The translations under genes were made by a program, and so were the position numbers. A DNA stretch of 64,000 bases from Octopus sinensis. Taxonomy: Eukaryota. Shown here piece by piece: positions 27,221 through 41,477 of this stretch. Below the pieces are notes generated by a model. That model ran no database searches and had not been told where the DNA came from. It worked only from the letters and a program-made list of their open reading frames with translations. Location of the stretch: assembly GCF_006345805.1 (NCBI RefSeq), contig NC_043005.1, forward strand, positions 50,654,001-50,718,000, in the 5' to 3' direction. Numbering within the stretch: the first letter of the stretch is position 1; each line of letters opens with the position of its first letter.

Positions 27221-28603
27221 CTTAGATAAAACTTAGATATGTTTCGACCAGAGATTGGTCCAGGGCATGTCTAACTTAATAGCACCACCTGATAGGATTA
27301 TTCGAATCCTGTTTAAGTCAAGTTTTGTTCAAGTAGTGAGTTCTTGTTGGGTGAGTTGTATCCAGTTTTGTTCAAGTAGTGAGTCTTGTTGGGTGAGTTG
27401 TATCCAATTATGGGTGGCTTGTCTGGTATTCTTTGAAGGAATCTATATATCTAGATATATAATATATATATATATAAAGTAATTATTTAAACTTTAGGTA
27501 TACACCTAGAAGTATACCGATTAAAATACTTTCACTATTTAGGCTACCTGATGTCATCCTCAGTTTTGATATAAGTGTCACTCGATCTCCCTCAGGAATT
27601 CTGCAATGTTCGTTGAGTTTATAAAGATTGAGGGAAACGGTAAACGTAGTCCACGAGAATCTTTATCCATCATATCGATCGTTTCGGCCCATTTGACATC
27701 GGTCCCTTACCAGTGGAATACTGATTTTATTGCATCCTCCCGTGCGGATGCATCTCATCAGGTGTCTTATTTTAAAGCAGAAACCTCGTTAAATATATTC
27801 GTTTGGCATGTTGTTGTTGCCAGTAGGTTGTTGGCGATAATAAGAAGGGGTGGATATAATTACCGGGTAATATCCGGTTACTGGCTCTGCCTATAGTTTA
27901 TAATGAATACAAGACATAGAGTAAAATAATAAAAGATAAAAAATATAAAATGACGAAGGATAAGAATTAAAACATAAAATGAATAAAGAGAAGTATACAC
28001 GTGTTGGCATAAACATATACATAGACCAATATACAGCCGTCTCCGTACTATCGTAGACATAATACCCATGCTCACGCCGTTGAGATGTTATTGAATATAG
28101 TCATAAACAATTAAGGTGGTCTTATTACAGGAAAACAGACAAAGGATGTCTGCCGGTCAGTTTTCAGTTGGTTACTGGATGACTGGGCCGACGTGTTTTG
28201 CGGCGGTTTGATGTATTTATACAAGCTAACCTGTCACCATACTCGTATTCTTATAAGTTTTGTGCGTATGTATGTGTGTGTATATATATACATATACATA
28301 TATACACACACATACACACACACACACACATTATATATATATATATATACACACACATGTTTATATATACATATATATATATATCTATATATATCTCTAT
28401 ATATATATATACACACGCACATGCACAAATACACACATGCAGATATTTCAGATACGTTTCTTTCTCACTCTGTGTATGTATGTGAGCGTATGTGTGTGTT
28501 CGTGTGTGCGTGTGGGGATGTGTGTATGTGCGTTCGTGTGAGGTAGTGTGTGTGTGTGTGTGTGTTCGTGCGTGAGAGGTAGAACATACACACACACACA
28601 CAT

Positions 28604-28664
<61 letters not shown>

Positions 28665-29074
28665 CATACATATGTAAATCAAGGTTGAACAAAAGAATAG
28701 AACAAATAGAAAAAATGGACAGAAATACAGCAAGCGGAAAACCAACAAAAACACAACATACGGAAAACACAGACGAAAGCATAACAAACGAGAAACTGAA
28801 AAAAATCACCATACAAGGAATATTTGCAGACGATTTCCTCTCAGTCAATGTCCGAGACGTCCTAGCGGTTTCGCGTGTATGTATGTATGTATGTATGTAT
28901 GTATTATGATGCATACCAGATATATTTTTGGTGTAGATTCACACATTCCCAGACATATCCAATATGTAATTTCCCACTCATATATCCACCCATACGTACG
29001 TTTTACATACGCATGTACATAATTATATCTCCGTATATACATATACATACGCCAGTACTTAGTCGCAAAGGTAC
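25046..29074. other. ~1.95 kb direct duplication (25046-26998 and 27099-29074) flanking a 100-N gap (26999-27098)
   Basis: Identical 96-aa and 65-aa ORFs 2070 bp apart; copy edges coincide with the gap edges. Confidence 0.95.
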
Positions 29075-29328
29075 ATATGTGTCTACTTATTCGCATAAAT
29101 ACAGATGCATCTATCAGCATTCTTAAACACATGCATAACTATATAGGAAACCTATAACCAAGAAATAAATAACTAAATTATGAAAAATTATTTAGCTTTA
29201 TTAATAGATTCTATATTATGTAACTACATCTGTGAGTGTGTGAATGTCTTTGTGTACACGTATACATATGCCACTGGATGCTCGGTACTGTACATTTTCA
29301 CTTACTTATATATTCATATGTACATATT

Positions 29329-29362
<34 letters not shown>

Positions 29363-29651
29363 TGTTTGTGTCTATGTGTCTATGTGTCAATACGTGTATA
29401 TCTCTATATAGATATAATTATATCTATATCTATATACATATATACATGAGTGTGTGCATGTGCGTGTGCATGTATGTGTACGTGTATGTATACATGTATA
29501 CATGTGCATGTATGTGCATGTATGTATAAAACTCCAGATACGTGATGCGATGCATGAAGCTGAGTCAAACTGGTATAAAATAATTACATGTAACTCCCAC
29601 CCAATGGCTTGCGTGTGACTTTCTTCTGTTCGACCTATGTATGTATGTATG

Positions 29652-29734
<83 letters not shown>

Positions 29735-29736
<2 letters not shown>

Positions 29737-29900
29737 GTAAAAACAAAAGTCACAAAATGAGAACGTAGCGCAAGCAATGTATTAACACGACGCTCGGAGA
29801 TGGAAAAGAGTAGTTGTTTTACGTTTCGAGCGTAGCTCTTCTTCGGAAAGAGGAAAAGCAAGAAAGTCCAAAGGGAGGAAGGAAAGGGAGAGAAAAATCG
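29735..29900 (-). mobile_element. PLE pLTR-type fragment, family P2, carrying a variant hammerhead
   Basis: GTATT..ACGCTCGG..TTTTACGTTTCGAGC.TA(C)GCTC shared with 51585-51745 and 62768-62925. Confidence 0.65.
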
Positions 29901-30239
29901 CCAACAATCCACGAGCGTTTACATTTCTGAAGTGACCGGAAATAGGAGAAACCGAAGTGCTTTCTGAGACAGAAGAGTGTGAAGATGGCTGGTATGTGTG
30001 TGCATGTGTGTGTAGTAGCGTGTGTATGTATGGTAGAGCGTGTGCTTGTGTGGCAGTAACTACGTGTGTGTGCGTGATAGCGTGTGTGCTTGTGGTGGTA
30101 ACTGTGTGTGTGTGCGTGGTACGTGCTTGTGAGTATGTGTGTGTATGTGTGTGTATGTGGTAGGATCTGTGTGCGTGTGAGTTAGTGTTGCTCAGAGAGG
30201 TCGGCAACTACATTGACAGGTTTGTGAATTGCAGTGTGT

Positions 30240-30302
<63 letters not shown>

Positions 30303-30848
30303 GGTTTTGCTTGTGTGTGTAGATAGAAGTGTAAGTGGTGAATCAGAGGGAGTCCGAATGGGTGGCTGTGGCTCTGTGAATGGGTGTAGGAATGTGTATT
30401 TGTGCGTGTGTGTGTGTGTGTGCACATGTGAATGGGTGCGTGAATGTGTCTCTCTCTGTTACTGTCTGTCTCTTTCTGTAATATATATATGAGTACATGC
30501 GAGCGTGTGGGGATGTTTGTGTGGCGGTATACGTGTATTCATGCGTGTGTGCAAGAATGTGAGTGTGTGTGTGTGTGTGTGTGAGGGGGAGAAAGGGGTG
30601 AAGTGCAGTGCGTGCAGGTGCGTTGTCTGAAGGGTACACATACACAGAGGAAGAAAGAGAAAGAGTAAAGAATGATCGATAGCCGTACGCATACACACTC
30701 TCACACACATATACATACAAATTATATATATATATCTATATGTATAATGGCAGATAACAATATACGTATGATGTGTGTGTATATCTAATATTATTAATAT
30801 ATATATATATATATATAGATATATAGATAGATAGATAGATAGATAGAT

Positions 30849-30900
<52 letters not shown>

Positions 30901-31506
30901 TCTTCCATTCCCATTAATGTAATTGTAATTTTCTAATTAGACATGACCTTTTTGGCTTTTTATAAAGACAAGTTTCCTAACTTTTGTGATGTGTTTACGT
31001 GTAAGTATTTATGATATATTGTTTGTATTTAAGTAAGTATGTGCGTACATATGTACATATGTATGTATATTGTATGTGTGTATATATATATTTGGATGGG
31101 TGGAAGGATGAACGGAAGAAAGGACGGATGTGTGTGAGTATGTGTGTGTCTGTGTATGTACATATGTATGTATGTATACAAGCATGCATGTGCAAATATT
31201 GCATCTGTACCCTCACACATCTGCGTACCTACTCGTGTTTATGTGCACATGCTATACTTTTTAAATATCTTACATATTTTCACACTGCCTTTAATAGCAT
31301 GTAGTGCAATTTCCTAATTATTTGAGAAGTTTCTGGTTTTCTGTGTATGTATATTTATCATTACTTTATCTATCTATCTATCCGTCTGTCTGTCCGTCTG
31401 TCTGTCTCTCTGCTTCTTTATCTGTCTGTGTATCTATCTAGCTAGGTAGTTAGGTAGCTAGCTAGCTAGCTATCAATCTATCTATGTATATCTGTATAGA
31501 TATATG

Positions 31507-31577
<71 letters not shown>

Positions 31578-33952
31578 GTCTGTCTGTATGTCTGTCTGCC
31601 TGTCTGTCTATCTATCTGTCACTCAAAAGGTCCCTGCATAAGGGTTGTTTAAGGATATTCAACGAAACAACCATGTTTTCATAGGTGAATTAATTAAACC
31701 CTAAAGAATTCCCCTTAATACATGACCATGATGCTCCCCACTACTTCTGCTTTTGATCAGAGATGCACTTATCATCAGCCACTAAGCTAGTTAAGATTAA
31801 GCAACTGACAAGCAAGTCTGTGGTATTCAGCAGAATATTTGCTGTAGTCCATCTTTTTATATCAAGACAAAACATGTACATGATAACATTCCCACTGTTA
31901 CATGGTAACTTTCAGCACTGTTGCCGATGTAATCGACTTATCCCGTCCCATGAAATCGTTGTCCTTGTGCCAAAATTTGAAACCAATATACACATGTCTG
32001 AAATTCGAGCTGCTATAAGTTTCTTTAATTTCGTGCTGTGAAAACACGATAATCTGAGAAAGCTGTATATGTTTGTATATACTTGTATATTATCAATTGC
32101 TGGTATAATATATTACTGGTAATATACTTGGTAGAATATTATGGTTGCAAAACGAAATACTGTTTCCTTGGCAGCAGTTGATATGTACGCACTAGTTGCC
32201 AGGAATGTATTTAATATGTAAATTTGTCCCTCCAGTTGTGTTCCACCGGAGTATTTAAACAACGTGCTAATGGATAATATGTAGATTGGATGTGGTACTG
32301 ATGAAAAGACAATCACTCTGGAAATATGCATGTACACCCATTACCTATATTTCTATCTTCGATCGCATAGTTTACAGAGACGTATTTGTTTTTGAAACAT
32401 CGTAGCTTCCAGTGCTGGCTAAGAATATTGTAGAAACTAAAAAAAAGATAAAATTATAAGTAAAAATGCTTACATATATATACATATATATATATATATT
32501 ATATATATATATATATATAATATATATATATATATATGGGTGTGTGTGTGGGTGGTGTGTGTGTTGTGTGTGTGTGTGTGTGTGTGTGCGTGTGTGTGTA
32601 TGCATGTATATATGTATGTATGTATGTTTGTATGCATGTATGTACGTGTGTATGCATGTAAATATGTATTTATGAAAATAAGTATATACTTATGTACATT
32701 TTTTTTCATACTTTTTGAGTTTCCTAATAGTGGTGAAGGAGCTGGTTTAAAAATAATACTTTTCTCGGGAATTTAGAGATCAAATTAGTAGTCTTGTATA
32801 TATGCATGATTGTATACATGGATGTATGTATACTTACGCTCATGTATGCCTATACACATATTTATATACATAAGCTCATGCATACATGAGAGTAGATGTG
32901 GATGCCATGGGATATATAGATCAGATTACACCAGATTATACACTAAACTTCTTAAATGCTTTAGATATTTCGACAGTTTTTTTCTTTTTGACAGCTTGTA
33001 GCTGATTAGGCGTATTCTTGATTTTGTATAGCCCAGCTTCTCAAGCCTGGAACTAAAATAATAATTCTTAATGAAACCGAGTACTCTTAGAATTATTTCT
33101 ACAAACCTAATACATATGTTTGTGAGTATGTATCTACATATACGTATATATTGCCTCTTTTCCTTACAGTATAAGAAAAATCTGAGTTCGAATCCTACAG
33201 AATTCAACTCGGTCTTATAATTTTGGGGCCGATAAAATAAAGTAGCAGTTCAGTATTGGAGTCGATGTAAAAAAAAAAAATACACACTCCTCTCAAAATT
33301 TGTGTCCGTAACGTCATTAGTTAAATAGGTAAACAAAAATTAGTATAGCTCAGTCTCTTACATATGTTCTCTTTAACTTGATCTCGCTACCTCGTAAGTG
33401 TGTGTGTGCGTGTGTGTGTGTTCGTTTGTGCGTGTATGTGTGTGCGTGTGTGTGTACACATTCACGCACACACTTGCAAATTTATAAATCATATATGTGC
33501 ATACCTGTAATCTGTAAGAATCTGTAAGCGGAACAGGAAGTAAAAATATGCAAGACTTTTCCCACATCCCAAATACGAATTCGTTTTCGTTGTCTACAAT
33601 CCAACGATGAAGATTTGTATCTATGTTAGAAACCAGTTACTTCTTTACAGGATGATTCCTAATTATTGGAAATTGAAGAGAATACATATGCTTACACAGA
33701 CACAGATATATTATATACATATACACATAAACACATACACACTCGCGCGCAGACACACACGTACGATATACATTATGTATGTATGTATTACATCTTAACC
33801 TATTTTTTATATAAATTTTTCGTCAATTCATTTGGAAAATGACGTATTTGGATTGTTTTTCGTCTTGTAAGCTTCAATATTTAAGCATGAGGACGTGTTC
33901 TGTATTCAAATCTGTTTGCTATTGAGTTGCTGTTGATATTGTTTTATAAATG

Positions 33953-34331
33953 ACTAGCAGTATCGCCCGGCGTTGCTCAGGTTTGTAAGGGAAATAACTA
34001 TAAAGCATTTTTAGAGAGTTATAGCCAAAAAAATAGCAAAAAAATGGAAAAAAATTATGGTAAATTTTTTTGAGAGTAAAAAAAGGTTGAGTTGCGTCCC
34101 CTAGACAGTCTGGGTTTGTTTTTTTATTCTCGACCCCATGTCGAATTTATCGATTTTTTTCAGAACTGGGGGAACTTTCAAATTTTCGCTGCGTTAGTTT
34201 GAATTATGACATTGGGCTATGGTGTGTCAAGTTTCATCAGAATCGGTTGAAAGCCGTGGTCAGGGTGAGGTACGAGAAAACAGACACACAGAAACACGCA
34301 CAGACAAACTGCCGTTTATATAGAGAGAGAT
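33953..34331 (+). mobile_element. Non-autonomous Helitron/HINE-like element
   Basis: Starts ACTAGCAG..GCCCGGCGTTGCTC, contains AAGTTTCATCAGAATCGG, ends ACAGACA..CCGTTTATATAGAG; architecture typical of DINE-1/HINE-like repeats. Confidence 0.65.
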
Positions 34332-35534
34332 GAGATTATTGACCGTTTGGCAAATACTGTCCACCTCGCCCCCACCCAAAACAATCAACGCATAAAGAAC
34401 AAAAAAAAGTTTTCCTGTTTGTTTTAAACTTCTTATAAGTTTCATTAATGTCTTAAGAATATACATTATTCAGCTCTAAATAAGTTCTGCATACAAATTA
34501 TCAAATGTATTCAAAGTTCCAACAATCTCGTTTTTGTATATTATGGACTTACGCACTAGGTTGCTTTCAGAAGAAATCCCTTTACATACGGACCCAATAT
34601 ACAGTTTGAAGATAACTTTTTTGATCTATTAGCTTTAAGAGTTATTGCCCCCAAAAGGCAAGCCATAATAATATTATAGAAACAAATAGAAAACAATGCA
34701 CAAATAGGGTTCTGCACTCGGGTGAACATTATCAAAGGTGTTTTCTTTTTTTCATATTTTTCTCTCAGGTTTTAGTAATTAGATAGAGTTGTGGTTATTA
34801 TATCTTGTTGGTCGACTCACCACGCAGATACGCACTTAACTCGTGTGGTACCTAGGTGGAGTAATAAATATATTAAACGTTATGAGGTTTGTACCTTGTT
34901 CAAAGACGCATAAGTCACTGCATTGATGCATGAGTCTATCGTCAGCTTCTCAGCAGCTCATTTTCAGTCGGTCATCCACTGACGCATAAATACTCTCTTG
35001 CCCACACACACACACACTCTCTCTCTCTTTCTATTTTTCTCTCTCTCTATCTCTCATACACACACTTACACACTCATAACCACACCGGCATGCACATATT
35101 GTGAATATTTACTCACTCACATCGTACATTACGTATATTTCTACAACGGGTTTGAGAATAAATGGGAGCATCAAAGCCGGCATTCGAAACACAGAATAGT
35201 GAACAGTTATGAAAGCAAATACACGTAAAGCTTTCTTTCTGATTTATTTTTTAAGTCTTACTCTTGCTCTCTACCATCTCGGCCAACTTCACCTCCCAAT
35301 ATGTCAGCTTATTATAATTGAGTCTTCAAACATTGTAGCAGCCTGGCTGCCATTACTCTCATGTTTCTCAATAAACCGATCCTTTTTATCGTTCGTCAGT
35401 CAGCTATAACATAGGCAACGCAATGGAAAGTTCACAGCTCCTTATCTTCATCGATATATTGACAAGATATTCATATGAGACTGACTGCCGCTTAGTGATT
35501 GATATCTGAATAATCTTAATAAAATAATACGAGC

Positions 35535-35587
<53 letters not shown>

Positions 35588-35613
35588 TGAGGATGATGAT
35601 GATAATAATAATA

Positions 35614-35675
<62 letters not shown>

Positions 35676-36075
35676 GTGATAAAGCAACAAAAATAAAGAT
35701 ATTCAACTTTCTTAGAGCAAATCACGGTCCAGTTGCTTTTAGCTGTTTATCCCCCCCCCCCCACCGCACTTTTCTAGCCAAAATCTTATTTAACAAGATT
35801 GGAGAAGATCAGAAAGAACAGCCATTGTTACCAATGGTTAAAAAGAAAAAAAAGAAAAAGCAACAACTAATGTTAATGGTAGCATTTCCTGTTTGGACTT
35901 GTCTACGTTTTGACTGTCTATGTTTATACTTTGCCATTATATATGTGTGCTTGTGCGTGTGTGTATGGGGGTGGTGACTGTGTGCATACATATATATATA
36001 TATATGTATGCATATATATATATGTGTAAGTGTGTATGCGTGTGGTGACTGTGTACATACATATATATATATGTA

Positions 36076-36109
<34 letters not shown>

Positions 36110-36334
36110 AGTGTGTATGTGTGCGTATGTGTGGTTGGCTGGGTGGCTGGGTGGGTGTATAGACATATATGTACGCGCATGTCCGCAGGCATGAATGCCT
36201 ATATTTAAATATATATATATATATTATATATATGTTTAAATATATATGTATATGTATATATATATATTATATATATATGTTTATATACATATATATATAT
36301 ATATATTATATATATATATAATATATATATATAT

Positions 36335-36380
36335 AACGGGAAGCTTTATGAAAATAAACAAAAGACGAAGGCAGGTGGAA

Positions 36381-36386
<6 letters not shown>
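36335..36386. mobile_element. P2-family end fragment inside (TA)n
   Basis: 52 bp identical to the reverse complement of part of 63526-63605. Confidence 0.7.
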
Positions 36387-36438
<52 letters not shown>

Positions 36439-36654
36439 AACATGTATTTATGTATGCATGTATAAATGAAAGTATGCGTGTGCTGCTACCTTTGCTGGGG
36501 TTTTTTTTCTCCCAATATCAGAAATATAATAAATGTAGTCCCTTGCAGAACTGTTACTCTTATATTAAAGTGTTACCGATGGTGAAAGGTAAAAGTAAAA
36601 TAGTTATAGTAACTACTACTACTACTACCGCTCCTAATGAAGATGATACTACAC

Positions 36655-36686
<32 letters not shown>

Positions 36687-36843
36687 GGTGGTGGTGGCAG
36701 TAGCAGCAGCGGCAGTCATCGCATTTTTCTTCTTTTCCGTTCCGATTCTTTTTTCATAGATCTATGTGTACCATTGTGCTTCCATATTTTCTGCCCGTTT
36801 CCATTCTCACTGTAACCCCTTCTCTCTCTTGTGTTCCCCCTAT

Positions 36844-36896
<53 letters not shown>

Positions 36897-36905
36897 ATAT
36901 ATACA

Positions 36906-37001
<96 letters not shown>

Positions 37002-37029
37002 CGTATTTTGGTTGTGTAGTTTGTTTATC

Positions 37030-38075
37030 TGTATGAATGTGGGTGTGTTAATATTGTTGTATATATCGAGTTTGGTGAGTATGTATATGTATATGGTGTG
37101 TGTTTTACGTATGTATATTTGTGTGTGAATGTGTTTATGGGTTTGCTATTTAGGTTTGGGGATGTATGTGTTTATTTGTCTGTGTGGGGTTGAGTGGGTT
37201 TTTGGAGTATATGTTGAGGTTTATAGTATGTATAGGTATCTGTAAGTGGGGTGGGTATTTGTATATGTCGTGGGTGTGTGTTTACGTGTGTGTATTTGTG
37301 TGTGAATGTTAGGTTAGGGGGATTGCTATATAGGTATGTTATAGAGTTTAGTAAAGGGAGATTTTATCATTATATGTTTTTATGAGTTTTGGTTTATCAT
37401 GGTAGTTTTGTAAGGAATTCGTAGTAATTTGTGTCTATTTGCGATGTCTGTTGTTTTATTGCATTATTTATTCATAATTTTTTAAGTAGTGTTCGTTTTA
37501 CAAGTGAATATAATTTTTAATTCCATTTATTCCATTTCTCCGTTCATAATTTTAAGTGATGTCCGTTTCTAGAGCGGGAATGTGGGTTGTATGTGGGTGT
37601 GAGGGAGTATGAATAAGTATTGTGCTGAAGTATTTAGCTATTTTATTTATTTATCGTTGCCTAGACGTTTTTATGTGTATGTATAGGGATATATATATAT
37701 AGGTGTGTGATTTAGTGTATGTATTTAGATATGGTTTTATATATAATTAGTTATATGTGTATGGGTGTATATATAGTTTATTTTTTGTTTTGTTTTATAT
37801 TTTATTTTTATATTTATATATTTTATATTTATATTTTATATTTTATATTTAATTGTTGATAGGTTTATTTTAGTTTATATATTGTTTATATATTGATTAT
37901 ATATGGATTATATATAGGTTATAAATAGATTATATATTTATATTTTTTCATTAATACTTAATTATTTTAAAATTATTATTTTTATATTTTAAAATATTGA
38001 TATTTTAGATTGGAAGTCCACCTGAAGATTGTCGATCAAGACAAGAAACAATTGTAGTGGCGGTTTTTTTGACTT
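37030..38075 (+). mobile_element. Non-coding, T/G-rich and C-poor pLTR-like tract ending in a hammerhead
   Basis: Strong strand skew, no ORF, short internal direct repeats, canonical HHR at its 3' end, microsatellite on the left and ~90 bp to the right. Confidence 0.6.
38018..38060 (+). ncRNA. Type I hammerhead ribozyme, complete core
   Basis: CCAC-CTGAAGA-TTGTC(GATCAA)GACAA-GAAAC-AATT-GT-A-GTGG; stems I, II and III all pair; predicted cleavage after A38056. Confidence 0.85.
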
Positions 38076-38151
38076 TTTATTAAAATTTTATGTATTGATT
38101 AAGTCTTTCCTTGTTTGTTTTGCAAAATAGTGGTTTTGTCTCTAATAATAT

Positions 38152-38190
<39 letters not shown>

Positions 38191-38415
38191 ATACGCATAT
38201 ATACGCATATACATACATTTGTACACACACGCGCATGCATACACACGCACACAAGTACAGACACACAAGCACATACACACACACCCACACACAGACACAC
38301 ACGCACATCTGTATGAGCGTTTTCATCTTTCGATCGGACTATTGTTTTCATTAAATTCGATTTATATAAAACTCCCAATCAAATATGTATGTATATGCAT
38401 GTATGCATGTATGTA

Positions 38416-38477
<62 letters not shown>

Positions 38478-39252
38478 ATAAAATGTTTTATATATAAAGA
38501 ACCTGAATACAGGAAGGGACAAACACAGACACAGACAAATCATTCGAAGCCTTCAATCTTCAGTCAGACACCGAATCATCGTAGCAAATTTCGGCTGTTC
38601 AATTCTAATATTTGCTCCAACTCGGCCAGCCCCAAGAAAAAAAACTAAGCTGTAAGCATTAGATTTCTTGGTAGAAGACAGGAATGTGAACGCACGAGAC
38701 GGATGTAAATACGAGAGACGAAAACGAAATTGAAAACGGTAACGGTTAAACAAAATATAATATAACGGTGGTTGTCATACGACTTTAGACCAAATGAGAC
38801 AAAAACAACAAAATAGCAGCAGGCGTAGAAAATAATTACCTTTTCGCTAGAGGGGACAAATACAGATGTTGGCGAGATACGATCGCCAACGAAATGGTGG
38901 AGAAGCAGCAGGTTGCAGGGGAGAGAGAGAAGAGAGACAGAGAGAGAGGGAATCAAAGAGGGTGGAAGGCAGGGGACAGAATCAGTCAGAGACCAAGAGA
39001 AAAAGAGAGAGAAGGGATTGAGGAGGGTGGGAGGAAGAGGGGGGAAGAAAAAAGGGCGCCAAAATAGTTTGGTCAAGAGCAATGGCGGGTAGGAAAGAGA
39101 AAGTATATAGAAGTCGTATATATATGTATATATATGTATATATATATATGTATAATATATAATATATATATAGATATATATTATATATATCTATATATAT
39201 ATATATATATAATATATATATATACATACATATATATATATAGTTGCATATT

Positions 39253-39615
39253 CTTTTATTTGTTTCAGTCAATTGCTGGAGTACCGCCATTTTTTAGTCG
39301 AAGAAGTCGACCCAGGACTTATTCTTTGTAAACCTAGTACTTATTTTATCGGTCTCTTTTGTCGAACCACTAAGTTACGGTGACGTAAACACACCAACAT
39401 CGGTTGTCAAGCGATGATGGGGGACAAACACAGACACAAAGACATATAAATACGAGAAGCTTTTTTCAGTTTCTGTCTACCAAATCCACTCACAAGTCTT
39501 TGGTCGGCCCGATGCTATAGTAGAAGACACTTGCCCAAGGTTCCACGCAGTGGTACTGAACTCTGAACCATGTGGTTGGAAAGCAAGCTTCTTACCACAT
39601 AGCCATGCCTGCGCC
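39253..39615 (-). mobile_element. Near full-length SINE family A
   Basis: Matches the family A consensus. Confidence 0.9.
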
Positions 39616-39694
39616 TATGTACAGATATATTTAATCTATTATCAGGTAGACGTATTTTTTCGTATCGGAACAGGTTCAAAAACTCCCCACTTTT

Positions 39695-40050
39695 GACGTG
39701 GTATGTTGGGCATCTTGTTAGGATGCAAGATGACAGGTTGCCAAAGAAGTTGTTTTACTGGGAGTTGCAGCGTGGCAAACGTCCGAGGCATAACCCTAAG
39801 AAACATTTTAGGGATGTTGTCAAAGCAACACTACGGCTCCTAATGTGAAAGCTGAAGACTGGGAGCAGATGACGCAAGATCGATAATCTACAATAGATGT
39901 AAACCATTTGAAGCTTAAAGAATTGAACAATCTGTCATGAAACGAGCACTTCCAGGACAGGACTTGACTACAGTCCCATACACTTTTCTGATTTAAAATA
40001 TTTGTAAGATCTGCAGTAGAATTTGTTTGTCAAGTGTAGGACTAGTCATA
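39695..40050 (+). mobile_element. RTE-BovB-like LINE C-terminal remnant
   Basis: GHLVRMQDDRLPKKLFYWELQRGKRPRHNPKKHFRDVVK..CKICSRICLSSVGL. Confidence 0.85.
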
Positions 40051-40108
40051 TAAGATCTATTTATTAATTGAAGAGATAGCCTTCTTCTGTAAAGAAGTGG
40101 CAATCATC

Positions 40109-40141
<33 letters not shown>

Positions 40142-40395
40142 TGTATGTATGTATGCATGCGTGCATTTATGTCCTTGCATTTTGTGCTTGCCACCTGCGT
40201 CACTTGATAACCAATGTTGCTTTGTTTACATCCCCGTAACATTGAGAGACCGATTGAATAATTACAAGAATTGAAAAATAAGTATGGCCTAAGACCATGC
40301 TGGGGTATGGTCTCAATCTAAACTTGTGTGTGTGTGTATGTGTTCATTTTCACATACAAGCATATATGAATATATATATATATATATATATAATA

Positions 40396-40764
40396 GGCGC
40401 AGGAGTGGCTGTGTGGTAAGTAGCTTGTTTACCAGCCACATGGTTCCGGGTTCAGTCCCAGTGCGTGGCACCTTGGGCAAGTGTCTTCTACTATAGCCTC
40501 GGGCCGACCAAAGCCTTGTGAGTGGATTTGGTAGACGGAAACTGAAAAGAAGCCCGTCGTATATATGTATATATATATATGTGTGTGTGTATGTTTGTGT
40601 GTCTGTGTTTGTCCCCCGATGCTGGTGTGTTTATGTCCCCGTTACTTAGCGGTTCGGCTTACAAAGAATAAGTCCCGGGGTCGAGTTGCTCGACTAAAGG
40701 CGGTGCTCCAGCATGGCCGCAGTCAAATGACTGAAACATGTAAAAGAGTAAAAGAGTAAAAGAG

Positions 40765-40766
<2 letters not shown>
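40396..40766 (+). mobile_element. Full-length SINE family A
   Basis: Head, CCTTGGGCAAGTG body, internal microsatellite, (AAAAGAGT)n tail. Confidence 0.92.
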
Positions 40767-40807
<41 letters not shown>

Positions 40808-41477
40808 AACGTTGGTATTGGAGTATGTATGCATGTATGATATTGTATCAGTAAATAAACTAACATTAGGGACAGATATTTCAAATATACTTTGAAAAAA
40901 ATGTATAATACATAACGATCGAAGTCTCCAAATGGTCAATAATTGCGCCTAGGAGAAGAAAAATATATTATTAATAAAGGCATATTATTAATATTATTAT
41001 ATCAATACTAATGATATAAAAAAAAGAAAATATATTAGATTAATATTAGGAAGAGGACGCATAGAAAGCGTTATTGCATCTGAAAATGACAAAAAAACCA
41101 CAGAAGTTCGGATTTATAAAGCAACAATGGTGTAGACTCGAAGCTTCAAAGTTCAACAATATAAAGTAAATTCACTAAGAGAAAGAGAACAAGTAACAAA
41201 AACAAGTAACAAAAAAAAGAATTACTTTATATATTAAACTAGCATGGTGTAATTTTGGTGAAAGTATGAAAAGAAACAAACATTAAAAATAATAAAAGTA
41301 GGGGAAAGAAATCAATAAGATCAGAATAAATAAAGAGCGGAATGGAAGTACCTCCGGAGCATAGAAAAAAACTCGTCAGTAACTGATTTGCAACAGATAC
41401 AGTGGAATTGTGTCAGTGACCGGGTTACAAAAATACCATTGTACTATTAAGAACCATAAAAAAAATGTGAAGATAGA

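Noticed and set aside
35350-35405. CTGACGA..GAAAC..GTA on the minus strand
   Set aside because: Nine unpaired nt before GAAA and no stem I.
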